From: Amoebidium appalachense
Lineage: Eukaryota; Protista; Ichthyosporea
Reading direction: 5' to 3'
Length of the DNA stretch: 64,000 nucleotides
Assembly (NCBI GenBank): GCA_963693365.1
Contig: CAVNZM010000005.1
Location: 8,137,179 to 8,201,178, forward strand
The notes beneath the pieces are model-generated. The model saw only the letters and a list, made by a program, of their open reading frames with translations. It ran no database searches and was not told where the DNA came from. Positions within the stretch are counted from its first letter, which is position 1. Each line of letters begins with the position of its first letter. The position numbers were made by a program, and so were the translations under genes. This document shows, piece by piece, positions 1 through 39,826 of the stretch.

Positions 1-873
1 CCTTTGCCGTCATGGTTGTGACCCTGGCCGTGAAGCTGGCAGCCGATGGCATCGTGGCCGAGGTGTGTGCAGGGGGGGCTGTGGGCTGGCTGAGGGCAAG
101 TGGGGGCTATTTGCTGACAGGGGGTGGGGGGCCAGCGCCGGAGAGCAGAGGAGATGGGGCTGGCCAACTGGGACCGGTTTGCGCTGGGGTTCGGGGCGAC
201 CATGGTGGCGCTGACGTGCCAGTACAATATACCGGACGCCATCCAGCCGCTGCGCAACAAGGCGGGGGCGCGGGTGGCCACGTTCACAGCGCTGCTGGGG
301 GCGGCCGTGCTCAACCTGCTGCTGGGGCTGGGCGGGGCGCTGGCCTTTGAGCACGCCAGCCAGCTGGTGACCCTGGACTGGGCCGACTACACGGCCTGCG
401 GCAGCGGCTGGGACCCGTGCCCGCGCAGCGCCGTGGCCGTGTTCGTACAGCTGCTTGTGATGCTGTTCCCCGTGGTCAACGTGCTCTCGTGCTTCCCCCT
501 GGTCGTGGTCACCGTGGGCGACAATCTGCGCCACATGGCCGAGGCCGCCGAGCCCCGGCTGGGCGCCCGGCTGCTGACCACACTGTGCCGGCTGTCCGTG
601 GCCGTGCCCCCACTGGTGCTGGCCGGGCTGTTCCGGCGGCTGGACCTTGTGTTCAGCATCACGGGCCTGTTTGGCTTCCTGCTGGCCTTCACCTTCCCGG
701 CCCTGCTGCAGTGGCTGACCGTGACCTTCTGCCTCAGGGCCTGGCCCGACCACCCCCAGGCAGCCACCACCCCGGACACCTGGTCACCCATCAGCAACAG
801 GCCCGTGGTGGGCTGCTGCCTGGCCCTGAGTGTGGCCTGTGTGGCCACGGCCGTCGCCACCCTGTTCAACTAG
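1..873 (+). CDS. TMEM104/SLC38-like amino-acid transporter (Aa_trans family), 3' part only
   Basis: Exon 1-62, GT intron from 63 with CTGAC branch point, then an in-frame exon from 121 or 136 to TAG at 873. Several hydrophobic TM segments. Motifs ALTCQYNIPDAIQP and LFPVVNVLSCFPLVVVTVGDNL resemble TMEM104-type transporters. Confidence 0.75.
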
Positions 874-933
874 CACGTGGCCATGCACACTTCACCCAGC
901 CCCCTTTATTCATGGTGCCGCGCAGCCTGCGGG

Positions 934-2219
934 TCACTTTGCCGGCACAAAGGTGGCCACGGTGCGGCTGCCCTCGCTGCGTGCGGCCTTGGCCAGGCGG
1001 CCAGCGCCCTGCACAAGCTGCTCCAGCTGCCGCACAAGGTTGAACGGCGTGCTGGCCTCCTGGCCCGGCCCGGACTTCTTCTGCACACCCGCACCTGTCA
1101 GCCCACACACACACACAAACAGGGTGTCGGCCCATGGCCCCAGCCCAGTGCAGTGCCAACACACAAACAGACAGCCCGGCAACTACGAGGGTTGGTCTCG
1201 TATGCAAACCAGAGGACGAATGTCTGCACAAGCCCCAGCCACCATAGGCACATAGATAGGCCTGTAGGTTGGGCGGGGTGCTGAGTCACCCGCAATCTAG
1301 ACTGAAGGCACTCGTGGGTGCTCTAACTAGGCTGGCCCGTTGCAGTGCGCCGTAGCAAATAAAGCGGTGCCACACGCAGTCTGCAGGCTCTTGCACCCCC
1401 GCACAGTGTGGCCACTCTGCAGTCCCCCCCCCCCCCCCCCCCCCCCTCCCCCCCTCCCCCCGAGGGCAAATCCTCCCCATGCCAAACACCCCCCTCCTGT
1501 CGAAAAAAAAAAAGCAGGCCGACTGACCGTGATGACAACATTCACGCGGCTGCCTGCAACCCCACCACCCCCAGTCAGCCGGGCCCCTTATGTTGCTGGT
1601 GGCAGGGGGGCAGCAGGGTACCCTGAGCCAGCAGCTGGGCCAGCTTTCTGGCCTTTGTGTCCAGGTCGTGGCCACTAATGGCGCTGGTCAGCCGCAGCTC
1701 GTGCTCCTGCGGGGCCCTGCCGCCGGCCTCCTTGCTGCGAGCGTCCCTCTCGGCCTGCTGCAGCTGCTCCTTGCTCATCAGCCGGCACACGTGGTTGGGC
1801 GGCCCCGACACCTCGACCAGCAGCAGCCCCTTCTCGCTGGCCGCAGCCTGCGCCCCCGCCAACGTGTAGCGCCCTGCAGTGCCCCCTCAGCCCCATGCGC
1901 CCTGCCTCCCCCCTCCCCCGCCCTCAGGCCCCACGCACCCAGGGCCGTGCCGTCGGGGCCCACCAGCAGCAGGCTGGCCGTGCTGTGTGGTGCCTGGTGG
2001 TGGGGCGCCGGCCGCTTGCTGCCTGTCGACATGGCCCGCATCCCCTGCAGGCCCAGCCAGTTCCCTGCTATCAGCTGACAGCCCGACACCGTGCTCTCTG
2101 CTTTAGGGGCAACCACCCCCCCCAGCAAGCCTGGCCGGTGGCCACCCTACCGCTAGGCTGGCTGTCCGGCACTGGTGTGCTGGCCGGCAAACGTTGGCCG
2201 CATATGTTGCCGTGGCCAT
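934..2219 (-). CDS. Translation initiation factor IF-3, organellar (MTIF3-like), multi-exon; start codon uncertain
   Basis: Spliced product LLLVGPDGTALG-RYTLAGAQAAASEKGLLLVEVSGPPNHVCRLM (IF3-N), ELRLTSAISGHDLDTKARKLAQLLAQGSRVNVVIT (IF3-C), last exon 1080-934 ending EGSRTVATFVPAK*. N-terminal region (..GMRAMSTG) resembles a transit peptide. AATAAA on the minus strand at 905-910. Confidence 0.8.
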
Positions 2220-3091
2220 CCCCGTGCGCCCTGCAGCGCCGCGTCAGCCCTTTCGGTCCCGGCTTACGTGCCCAGTTAGTCTAGCCTATCAGACCAAGGG
2301 GGGGGGGGGGGAGGGGGAGGGAAAGGGGGGGCAGGGGGCACCATTTGAGCAGTGCAAAGGTTTGAGGGACTTAGGGGAGGCAAAAAAAAAAAAAGAACTA
2401 AAGAAGGAAGGAAGGAAGGAGGGAGGGAGGGACGGCACGGTGGGTACAGGGTGGGTGGAGGAGGGTGTTGGGGGGGGACGGGAGCGGGGAGGGAGGGGAG
2501 GGGGGGGGGGGGGGAAGTTAGAAGCGCAGCAGGAAGGTCTAGGACAGGTTGAGAAGGATGGAGGCTGGTGGCGGGGGGCCTACCCAGCAGCTGGCAGGCA
2601 CGCAGGCCAGCAGCGAGCCGCAGAGTGGCCATGTTGCCTCACCGCACAGAGTCTGCGCCCGTCGGCTGTCTAGCGTGTGTCTGCCTACGTCTCGTGTGAC
2701 CAGGGACTGTCGCAGGCAGCACGCTACCGCCTACCAGGTGTTGCCTCTCTTACGTTCCCTCCTCTATTCCTCAGCTCAACCGTACTGCTATAAGTACTCC
2801 CATCAGCATCGGATGCCTGATCACCTGCAGGCTGAGCCACGCACATCTTGGAGTGCGCTAAGCGCTGCCGCAGGCTCAGCGGGCAGACTGTGTGTGAGCC
2901 ACAAACAGGCTGTGATCATTCATGAGCCGCCAGCCAGCCCCAGTGGAACAACTTGGACTGCATGCGCAAGCCACCGATGAGCTCGGAGCACTGAGCAGAC
3001 ACACACACACAGCTCCAGGAGCCACCACGCGCGTATGCTGGCGCATGCTGGACACTAAGCGCTCACGCACACACACACCTCGGGCGGCACC

Positions 3092-29467
<26,376 letters not shown>

Positions 29468-30058
29468 CCCCACCCCAACCACCACCACCACCACCACCAC
29501 CACCACCACCATCCTTACCCCCACCCCACCCACCCACCCACCCACCCACCCACTTCCGTCCGTCTTTTGACTCACCTACCCATCTGTATACAGTCACTTG
29601 CACATGCATGCACGCACAACACACACAGAGAGTGAGGGAGGGGGGGAGGGGGAGGGAGAGGGAGAGAGGAGAGGGATAGGGGTAGAGAGAGATAGTGTGT
29701 GTGTGTGGATGTCACGGGCCCGCACACACACGTATGGGCAGAGTGTTGGTGTTCGCCTCCACTCCGTGTTATCATGACAACCATGTCGGTCCCATCTGCA
29801 AGTGCCCATTCAAACCCCACCCAACACCTTTACGTGGGCCTACTCATCCCTGTCTCTTCCCTCTTTCATTTTTCGCTGTTCTTTGTTTCCTTCCCACATT
29901 TCCGTCTCCGAAACCCGCCCACCACTCTCCAGAACCCGCTTCCACTTGTATGACACGCAAGTCCGTGCTGATATCGAATGCACTATGACACCACAACGTC
30001 TGCACGCACACACACACTCACACACTCACTCACTCATTTACGCACTCTGGCACGTAAA

Positions 30059-30135
<77 letters not shown>

Positions 30136-32102
30136 TACAGCCGTGCGCCAACGTCCACGGCTGTCGGTCAGTTTTGGCGACCTTCCATCTGGGGACACGG
30201 CACGGACAAGACCCAAAAAGGGCAAAATGAGCTCCCCACCCCCGGAGCGGCAATAGTATGTGTACGTATGATGGCTGGCGTGGAACGAATGCAACACGCT
30301 GTGTTATTAAGTAGTAACTGGTCCAGGCAAAGTAACAGTGAATGGCCGCAAGCTTGGTGTGTAGTAATTTGCTGATGATTCAGATGTAATATGAAGGATA
30401 AAAAAGCAAAGTTTAACGCTGAATTGTGCAGCACACAGCTGTTGACGTGTGCCAGCGGTATGTATGTAGTGCACCGTGTGTGATGAAATCAAAGTTGAAT
30501 GGAGTTAGGAGGGCTCGCTAATATAATTATTAGGGGAATGCAGTTATGCAAGGCCCAAGTGTATCCGAGTTATAATTAGACTGGCCCTTAAGAATTCTTG
30601 ATCATGGCTGCATGTACAGGCACTCTGGAATTGTGACCGGATGTTATTGGTACCAATTCAATGTAGGCAGGGACGTGTATTGATGCAAACGAGACAATAT
30701 CAATCACGCGACAAAGACGGACGTTAATAAAAGTTGCGAAAAAGACCGACAGGGACACGGCGACAAGATCAGCTGCCAGTGTTTGTACACTGCTCCGAGC
30801 GGCACCATACTCGGCACTGTCATTAAGGTATCGATACTGATTCGATTTCTCCAGCTGTGGTTAAATTTATGTGCATGTATACGTAGGGGGCCCCCCGGCA
30901 GATTCGGCCTTCTTCCACAACCGGGCCGTTTGCGTATGCATGGAGTGCGATAACTTCATTTGTTGAACAGTTGAACCGTTGCAATTTGACATGCCACAGA
31001 CTTCAGTTAGGCACTGCAGATCATTAATCTTGTTTGAATATTAAAGTCTACATACATGTGAAACCATAATACGCCGGCTGATATAAAGCTTGCTTACTGT
31101 ATTTATTAAATGAATTCGCCGTGTTTTTGGAAAATTCGTCTGTCTTCGACTCGCACGTATATTTATGATGTAGGTATAATCAGTCGTGATCACCACGTGG
31201 CCTATCATATGGCATATATATGTCGGTGCCGTCTGCAGCCGATGCCTGACCGAGGCGGTAGGTCATCACCCAGCGCGGCTCTAAAATTTATGTAGACGTT
31301 TTCCCGCCAACTTGCGGCTCTCCCAATCACATTTGGCTCAGGCAGCCAAATATGGCACTACAGATTATAATAGCCAATCAATGTTGGCGTAGATCCCATG
31401 CAGAACATGCGTGGGTGTGGATGCAGCCGTCTGATTGGCACCTAAGGAAGGCTCAGAAATCCCCGATACCTACGTTTGGGGGGTTCAGGTTGCTTCCATG
31501 AAACATTTTCTGGTTGCCTGAAAACTTGAAGCATTCTCAGTGCAAGCGGTTTGTCTTCTAAATCTTTTTTTTTTATACCACGTGGAGCTTTAAGTGTTTA
31601 TTAGATTTTAGGCTTTTATTTCATTTTTATTGTTGGCAGTACGCATCATAATTATGCTACTTCCCAAATGTAAATGGGGCCTCGATATCCGGGCACATCG
31701 GATGAATGCCACTGATCAATAAATCCCAGTCAAGAGAATAAAAAGACACACTCCACAAAAATAATGGTCTTGGGGGAAGCACAGTACTTGCTACCAGCGA
31801 AACATGAATTCGGATAAGAGGGAACATCACCACTCAAAACAGAGCAATATGTATTTTAGAATTTAGAAGGCATTAAAAACACAATGTTGGTAGATTAAGA
31901 CATATAAAGCTCGTCTCATGGCCCAATTTTGCTATGTAAAGACGACTCCCTCGATCAGAACAAGGGGACCTACGCGCAGAATATACAGACTGCACTCGCG
32001 TATTTCATTATATGAAAAAGCTTTACGGCTTATCTTATTGCATATTAGTTATTTTCCCCCAATAAAATTCTGTTTGATCTATTTTGCTAATGATATCCCA
32101 TG

Positions 32103-32137
32103 AGGTATTTTCGGGGTTTACGCTGTTAGGTATTTTC
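32103..32137. mobile_element. 15-bp micro-insertion (GGGGTTTACGCTGTT) between 10-bp direct repeats AGGTATTTTC
   Basis: AGGTATTTTC at 32103-32112 and 32128-32137. The insert is identical to the terminus of the repeat at about 56310 and 63645. Confidence 0.6.
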
Positions 32138-32598
32138 CAGCAGCCATGAGTATTTATCAAATTACTATCAATGTCTGGCATTATCTGCATCGATTCGAAC
32201 GAAACGATTGTGAGAAAAATCCGATCTAGGGGGATGTAACAGTGTCAATAAAAAAGCAGAGGCATCCACACAACAACACGCACACAAAAAAAAAAGAAGG
32301 GAAAGAACCTGTTGTTTGATAGGCCCGTACTGGTCCCGACTGTTGGAGCCCTCTGCGACACCTGTTCCCTGCAACCCCTCGACGTGCAACACACACACGG
32401 TATATCCCCACTGTGCCTGCTTGCTGTGCAGCCAACCTGTGTGGGTGGCTGTCTCTCAGCCCGGTGCCAAGGCTCATTCGCCCTGCCAATCGAAGAAGCT
32501 TGCTGTGTACTTTTGTATCGCATTTCACGGTGAGAAAGAGCAGTGTGTGTTTGTCTGTGTGAGTCTTGGGGGTGGGGGGAGGGGGGGGGGGGGGGGGA

Positions 32599-32633
<35 letters not shown>

Positions 32634-32691
32634 GGGCATGTTCTCTCAACTTCTAGACATCGCAGTGCGGTGACGGACAGATCCCTCTCCT

Positions 32692-32868
<177 letters not shown>

Positions 32869-33411
32869 GTGCGTGTTTGTGTACGTTTGCTTGCGTGTAC
32901 GTGCGTCTGCGTGTACGTCTGCATGTGCATTGTTGTGCCTGCGGGTGTGTGCGTGTGTGTGTACGTGTATATTCCGTGAGCGTCGTTTGTGTGCTAACTT
33001 GTGTTTGGCCGTCTAGCTGCCCATCGATACGTGTGTGCTTGCGTATGTGATGGTGTGGGTGGGTGCCAGGTTGACATATGTGTGTGTGTTTTTTGGCCAT
33101 ATTTTCCCCCTTTCCATTGTCTTTCCACGCACTTAGCAGGGAAAGTGTGGAGGCAGGTTGGGGGGAGGGGGGGGGGGGGGGGGGGGAGGGGGGGGGGAGG
33201 GAGGGAGGGGAGGGGGGGGAAGGGGGGTTAGGTTAGGAGAGTAAGAGTGAAAGTTTTTGACCGAGGGCTGCATGTGCCTTGTCGATTGTATAATACGAAG
33301 TGAAGCAGGCTGCTGCTGCTGCTGTTGGAAATACACACACCAGGAGGGGGTTCAGAGCAGCTGGGGCAGGGCTGTTGCTGTGGGTGCTGACGGCTGGGCC
33401 TGCAGGGTGCC

Positions 33412-34613
33412 ATGGCTGCCGTCGTAGAGTCCCCAATGCAAAAGGTCCCGGGCCCGGCACCTGCTGAGGGCCCGGCAAAGGCCGCAGAGCCCAGCAAGAA
33501 GCAGACCTTCAAATATGAGCTGATACGGCCCGGCATGTTCGAGTCCACAAAGCACTACTGTGAGTGGCTGCCTGCATGATACGATGTGCATAGATGCAGT
33601 AAACAGGCATGCGGTACACGCTATGCATGCCAGGTGTGTGTCCACGCACACAAACACACACACACCCCTTTAGTGACCATACATATGTTACGTCTAAGGT
33701 CTATGATGGAGGTGTGCAGCTTTAACACACAGCATACCGACCGTCAGTGTTGGTCTAGTGGTGTGCAGCCTGCCCAACACAGTACCGGGATTGTTGTTGT
33801 TTTTCCCTGGGGTGTGGGGGAAAACACATATAGCGGGTTGGTGCCATTGGGAGGGTGAGTTGGCTGACCTTTGCCCTGTGCAGACACACGGGTGCTGAAT
33901 GCGCAGATCCACCCCACGGTCAAGTTCTTCATGGGGCTGAGTCCCGAACGCATCGTGGCGCGCTATGCGCACCTGCACCCGCACGTCAACAGGGAGACCC
34001 TGATGGAGGCGCTCCTCTACTCCCCCCACCACCTGCGCTGGGCCGGCTGCGACCTCATGCACACCACCACGGACGCGGGCCACCGCAGCATGGTGGTGAT
34101 CGAGACCAACTCGTGCCCGTCGGGCATGAAGAGCACGCCGCTGTTTGACGAGATGGAGGAGGAGGGCGGCTATGCCACGCTGCTGCGCCGTAGCTTCCTG
34201 GGCTACGTGGACACCATGCAAGACCTGCCCGAGGGGGACCTGGCCGTGGTCTATGACAAGAACTACATGGAGGCCAGCGGGTACGCCGCCTGCCTGGCCG
34301 ACCTGACCGGCAAGCCCGTGCACCTGGTGCCGTTTATGTACAACGACCCCGACCCCCCCGTGCGCTTTGTGGGCGGCGACCAGGCCGCCCTGCCCGTCAT
34401 GGAGATCCGCACCCCTGCCGGCCAGTGGATACCGATTAGGGCCGCCATGCGCTATGTCACCCAGCGCCCCTGGGACCGCATCCCTGCCGTCACCCGCACC
34501 TTCATTCTCAACCCAGTGCTGGCATGTCTGGCTGGCGGCCGAAACAAGGTGTGGGGGGGTGTTCGTATTTGGAAGGGGTAGATGGACTTGGGATGGATAT
34601 ACCTTGTGTGTGT

Positions 34614-34660
<47 letters not shown>

Positions 34661-35926
34661 TTCATTTGAGAAGGGGGTATTGCCAACGGTTAATGGGAAC
34701 AGTGGGCGCCAGGTATGAGAGTGTGTAGGGATGTGATTATCAGGCAGAGAGGAAATGGGGGCCTTAGATATGACTGGGGATAAGAATTGGGTACCAGGTA
34801 TGACTGGGGATAAGAATTGGGTACCAGGTATGAGTGGGGTTTATGGGTACCAGGTATGAGTGGGATAAGAATTGGGTACCAGGTATGAGTGGGGATAAGA
34901 ATTGGGTGCCAGGTATGAGTGGGGATAAAAATTGGGTGCCAGGTATGAGTGGGGATAAGAATTGGGTGCCAGGTATGAGTGGGGATAAGAATTGGGTGCC
35001 AGGTATGAGTGGGGATAAGAATTGGGTACCAGGTATGAGTGGGGATAAGAAGTGGGTGCCAGGTATGAGTGGGGATAAGAATGGGTTATCAGGTATGAGT
35101 TGGGATAAGAATTGGGTGTTAGGTATGAGTGGGGATAAGAATTGGGTACCAGGTATGAGTGGGGATAAGAATTGGGTGTTAGGTATGAGTGGGGATAAGA
35201 ATTGGGTGCCAGGTATGAGTGGGGATAAGAATTGGGTGTTAGGTATGAGTGGGGATAAGAATTGGGTGCCAGGTATGAGTGGGGATAAGAATTGGGTACC
35301 AGGTATGAGTGGGGATAAGAATTGGGTGCCAGGTATGAGTGGGGATAAGAATTGGGTACCAGGTATAAGTGGGTATGAGGGGTTACTAGGTAAGTAGGGG
35401 GTGAGAGGAGGAAGGAGTCCACAGAAGTATGTGTGTGTTTGGGGGGGAAGGGGGCAGCCAAGGTGTTCGATACCTCGTATTTCCTAATACACTAGCCATC
35501 TACACCATAAAACATTCACCAACTTGCAGACTAGGCTGCACATTGAAATCAGAAATATAGGGGGGGGGGGGGGGGGGGGGGGGGGTAATACGGTATGCTC
35601 TCGTGCTTGGGGGTGGCAACTGAGGGCCTTGGGCAGATGGTTGCAGCCAAGGCCTACGACGCATACAACGTGGACCTGCTTGCATCGGGCCTGCACATCC
35701 GCACCCCCCACACCATCCGTGACGTCACATGGGACGACATCCCCAAGTGGGTCGAGCGGTTTGGCGGCTACGCCGTGGTCAAGATCCCCTACTCAAATGC
35801 CGGCCAGGGCGTGTACACCATCACGAACCAGGTACAGGGGCAGGGGTGGTGTAGCCGCACACACCCACTGCGTGCACACAAAGGCACTGTATGCACACAC
35901 ACAGGTGCTGCATGCAAACACACACG

Positions 35927-35962
<36 letters not shown>

Positions 35963-36013
35963 TATGGCCATATGGGGGGGGGGGGGGGGGGGGCTCTGCA
36001 TGCACACATACAG

Positions 36014-36051
<38 letters not shown>

Positions 36052-36152
36052 CACTGCATCCACACACACATGCTCTGCATGCACGCACACACAAAGGCAT
36101 TGCATGCACATACACGGAGAGGCATTGCATACGCACATACACAACCACAGGC

Positions 36153-36193
<41 letters not shown>

Positions 36194-36319
36194 ATTGCAC
36201 ACACACACACACAGGCACGGCATGCACACACACGCAGGCACTGCATGCACACACACACATCCCCCCCCCCCCCCCCCCTCCTACACACACACACACACAC
36301 ACAGAGGCACTGCATATGG

Positions 36320-36362
<43 letters not shown>

Positions 36363-36446
36363 CACTACATATGCACATACACACACACACACACACACAC
36401 AGGCACTGCATATGCACACACACACACACAAGCACTGCATATGCAC

Positions 36447-36481
<35 letters not shown>

Positions 36482-36493
36482 CAGGCACTGCAT

Positions 36494-36534
<41 letters not shown>

Positions 36535-37722
36535 CACCGCATATTCACACACACACAGGCACTGCATATGCATCCACACACACACACACACACACACCCA
36601 GGCACTGAATATGCACACACACACGGGCACTGCATATGCACACACACACAGGCACTGCATGCACACACGGCCATTGTACGCACGTGGCAGCACAAGGCAG
36701 CCACTGGCCCGTCACACTGCCCTTCTCTTGGTGCACTCATGACCCGTGCATATGGGTGGCTGTGCCCCGGGAAGAAGATGGGGTGCAAGGTCGGGGGGGG
36801 CGGGGGGGGTGGGAGGGAGGGTTTGCACCCATACCCTCCGGTGCATCTATGCAGCACAGCCACACGAACATACGCACACACATGCACAGAGACATGCACA
36901 CACACGTTCTGGGACTGCATGGGACACACACACACGCCGACACAGTGTGCACGGCTCATGAGCATACACCTGCACGTGCACTGTGCAGAACCACCCCACT
37001 TTAGGTGCACCACTGTGCCCCCATTGCATGGCCACATGGCCACATGTGTGCATTCATATTAACTGGCGGGGTGCATGTAGGAGGAGCTGCAGGTGTTCCA
37101 GGAGAAGGAGAAGGGGGGCCGCTACGACAAGTTCATAGTGCAGAGCCTGATCAGCAACTTCAAGTGGTGCACGGACCAGGGCGGCACCGTGGGCCGGCTG
37201 TACCACGTGGGCACCATCCCCAACCGCAAGGCCGAGACCTACGTCAGCGACCTGCGCCTCATGCTCAGCGGCAGCACCAAGGGCTTCAGGGTCGTGGGCA
37301 TGTACGCCCGCAGGGCACGGGAGCCCCTCAGCGACCATTTGGGGCCAGGGGCCAGCAGCTGGAGCCAGCTGGGCACCAACCTCAGTGTGGTGCAGGGCAA
37401 CGGCCTGTTCGACACGGAGAGCGACCGGCTGCTGCTGATGGACCGCAAGGACTTCAACATGCTGGGCATGGGCCTGGACGATCTGATCGACGCATACGTG
37501 CAGACCGTGCTGGCCGTGGTGGCCATCGACCGCATGGCCGACCGCCTGACCATCGGGGGCAGATTCAGCAGGCTGCTGTTCAGGTCGGTCAATGATGACG
37601 AGGCACTGCTGGAGGAGATCAAGGACGTGGGCTTTGAGAAGACCCCTGCAGCACTCATGGACTGGATGGGCCTGGCTAGCCCCACAGTCAAGCACGCCAA
37701 TGCGGGGCACGACCAGCAGTAG
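33412..37722 (+). CDS. Circularly permuted ATP-grasp (peptide/amide ligase-like) protein, 549 aa, 4 coding exons
   Basis: Exons 33412-33559, 33884-34548, 35637-35831 and 37081-37722 splice in frame (1650 nt). N-terminal [14 protein letters not shown] precedes [28 protein letters not shown] and GTNL. This is the motif order of circularly permuted ATP-grasps. Confidence 0.75.
34771..35372. repeat. 30-bp intronic minisatellite (GGGTRCCAGGTATGAGTGGGGATAAGAATT)
   Basis: About 20 tandem units with no spacers, inside intron 2 of the ATP-grasp gene. Confidence 0.95.
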
Positions 37723-38421
37723 ACGAAGCACATATCATGGACGCTACTAATTAGGCCTAGGACATACCCTGCACCATGTCAGTTTGTACCACACACCGCA
37801 TGAAAGGACAGATGCCTGGCCTGGGGCCGCCGGCCGGCAGTCACCGGGCACAGAGGGTTTCATGATCTGCTCGAAGAATTCACATGCATATAATCGTATC
37901 TGGATATCTTACGTGCTTGGGCTGATGATACGTGCACTAGTTCTGTACATGGATAATAGACCTGCTTGCATGTGTGCATATTACCGTGAATCAACATGGG
38001 GCATGTGCAGCTATTGCTCGAGCCTGTGGCTCGGTTCATATATATTCCTAGCTTGTGGTACGTGTGGGTCAAGTGTTTCCAAATTGGTGATTGTCCGTGT
38101 TTGCCTCCCTCCCCTCCCGGGGCCTTCCACCCACCCACCCACCATGATTCCCTTCCGGGCCCCGTCGTTTGTGTGAATAGGCATGCAGTCCTGGGGGTGC
38201 CCGGAGGGGTGGGGGTGGAGGGGACTCCTCGGGGGTAATTTGCGTCGTGGGACTTAGTGTACATTAGTGCATCGGATGCTATTATGGTTACTGGGAGGTT
38301 GCTTGACATGAGCTGCATGGACTACTTGTACAGGATGATTGGTCCACACACAATCGATGCATATACGTATACATACACATAATCCATGCATGTACGTATA
38401 CGTAGGGCTACCTTTCCGTTA

Positions 38422-38991
38422 TCTATTAACTAATATTATAACGACCGTTTGACCTTCCCGTAATCTGGCCCAGTGACTAATCACTGACTATGCAACCCGC
38501 GGAGATTTGCATAGCGAAATCAAAAGCCGAAACGCGCATAAAACCAAGCAGCATAGAAGAATATTAACGTGTGGAGGTGTTTGTGTCAAAAAATATAAAA
38601 AGTTTAAGTCTAAAATTGATTCAGAACAAAGTATTAGAGGGCAAAAAGGGAGGTAAGCAGCCGCTACGTGTGGCTGTAGGTGTCAGGGTATGAACTAATG
38701 CAACCCTGAGTCAAAAAGGACCGTTCTCGGCTACATGCCATGGCGCTCGGGTATGACTATTGGTCTAGCAAAAATAATAAAACATCGTAAAAAATCCATT
38801 TTTTTACTTTTCGATAAATGCTATGATAAAAATCACAACGTGCCCGATGCCGATTTCGCCTCCTTTCGATAGTACGTACGACGAATGAACTTGGAGAATT
38901 GGACGCCATAAGTAAATATATCAACCAATGAACACCTTTTGACGCATCAAGTAAATATATCCAACTATGCATGTGACGAGGATGGACACGT

Positions 38992-39028
<37 letters not shown>

Positions 39029-39121
39029 TACGCACACACATTCACTCACACACACCCACACAAACTTAGACACTCGTTCTATTCACTCACACATTCTTTC
39101 GCGCTCACGCACTCTAATCAA

Positions 39122-39196
<75 letters not shown>

Positions 39197-39426
39197 AACA
39201 CACACACAAACATTCACACACACCCATTGTATGCACACACACACACACATTCGCCACACGTGCACACACACACACACACACACAAATACACACCCACACA
39301 CACATGTACACACATACACACACACACACGCATACAAACACACACACAAACATTCACACACACCCATTGTCTTCAGACACACATTCTTTCGCGCTCCCGC
39401 ACTCCAACCAACAACACAACGCACAA

Positions 39427-39477
<51 letters not shown>

Positions 39478-39607
39478 ACCACACACATTCGCACACACAA
39501 CCACATAAAGGCTCCCCATCAATCTTATGTTTCCCGAAAACTTTGCCATACTCATCCACTTTGACTCGTTTTAAGCGGCGGCGACAGCCGGCGCTTAGAC
39601 CTCCTTG
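38422..39607 (+). mobile_element. Non-autonomous Helitron-like element A (about 1.19 kb)
   Basis: 5' end A|TCTATTAACTAATATTATAACG. 3' hairpin AAGCGGCGGC-GACA-GCCGGCGCTT (39573-39596) followed by CTTG|T. The 3' end is nearly identical to elements B and C. No ORF; CA-rich body. Confidence 0.7.
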
Positions 39608-39774
39608 TATACAAGTAGGTCTGTGCGCCGGCTGTCGCCGGCGCCAAAACATAACGAAACAGTTATTGATGTTGGGTTGTGTGGTTGTTACCACTCCCCC
39701 CCTCCCCCCCCCTGCCTGCCCCCCCCACCTCACACATTCCCCTCCCTCCCCTCCCTGGCCCTTTGGCCTCACGC

Positions 39775-39826
<52 letters not shown>

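Noticed and set aside
2630-2960. Solo LTR between IF-3 and VPS13
   Set aside because: No convincing TG..CA boundaries with a TSD and no second copy in the window.
34834-35397. 187-aa [10 protein letters not shown] repeat protein
   Set aside because: It is a by-product of a 30-bp minisatellite within an intron whose flanking exons splice in frame without it.
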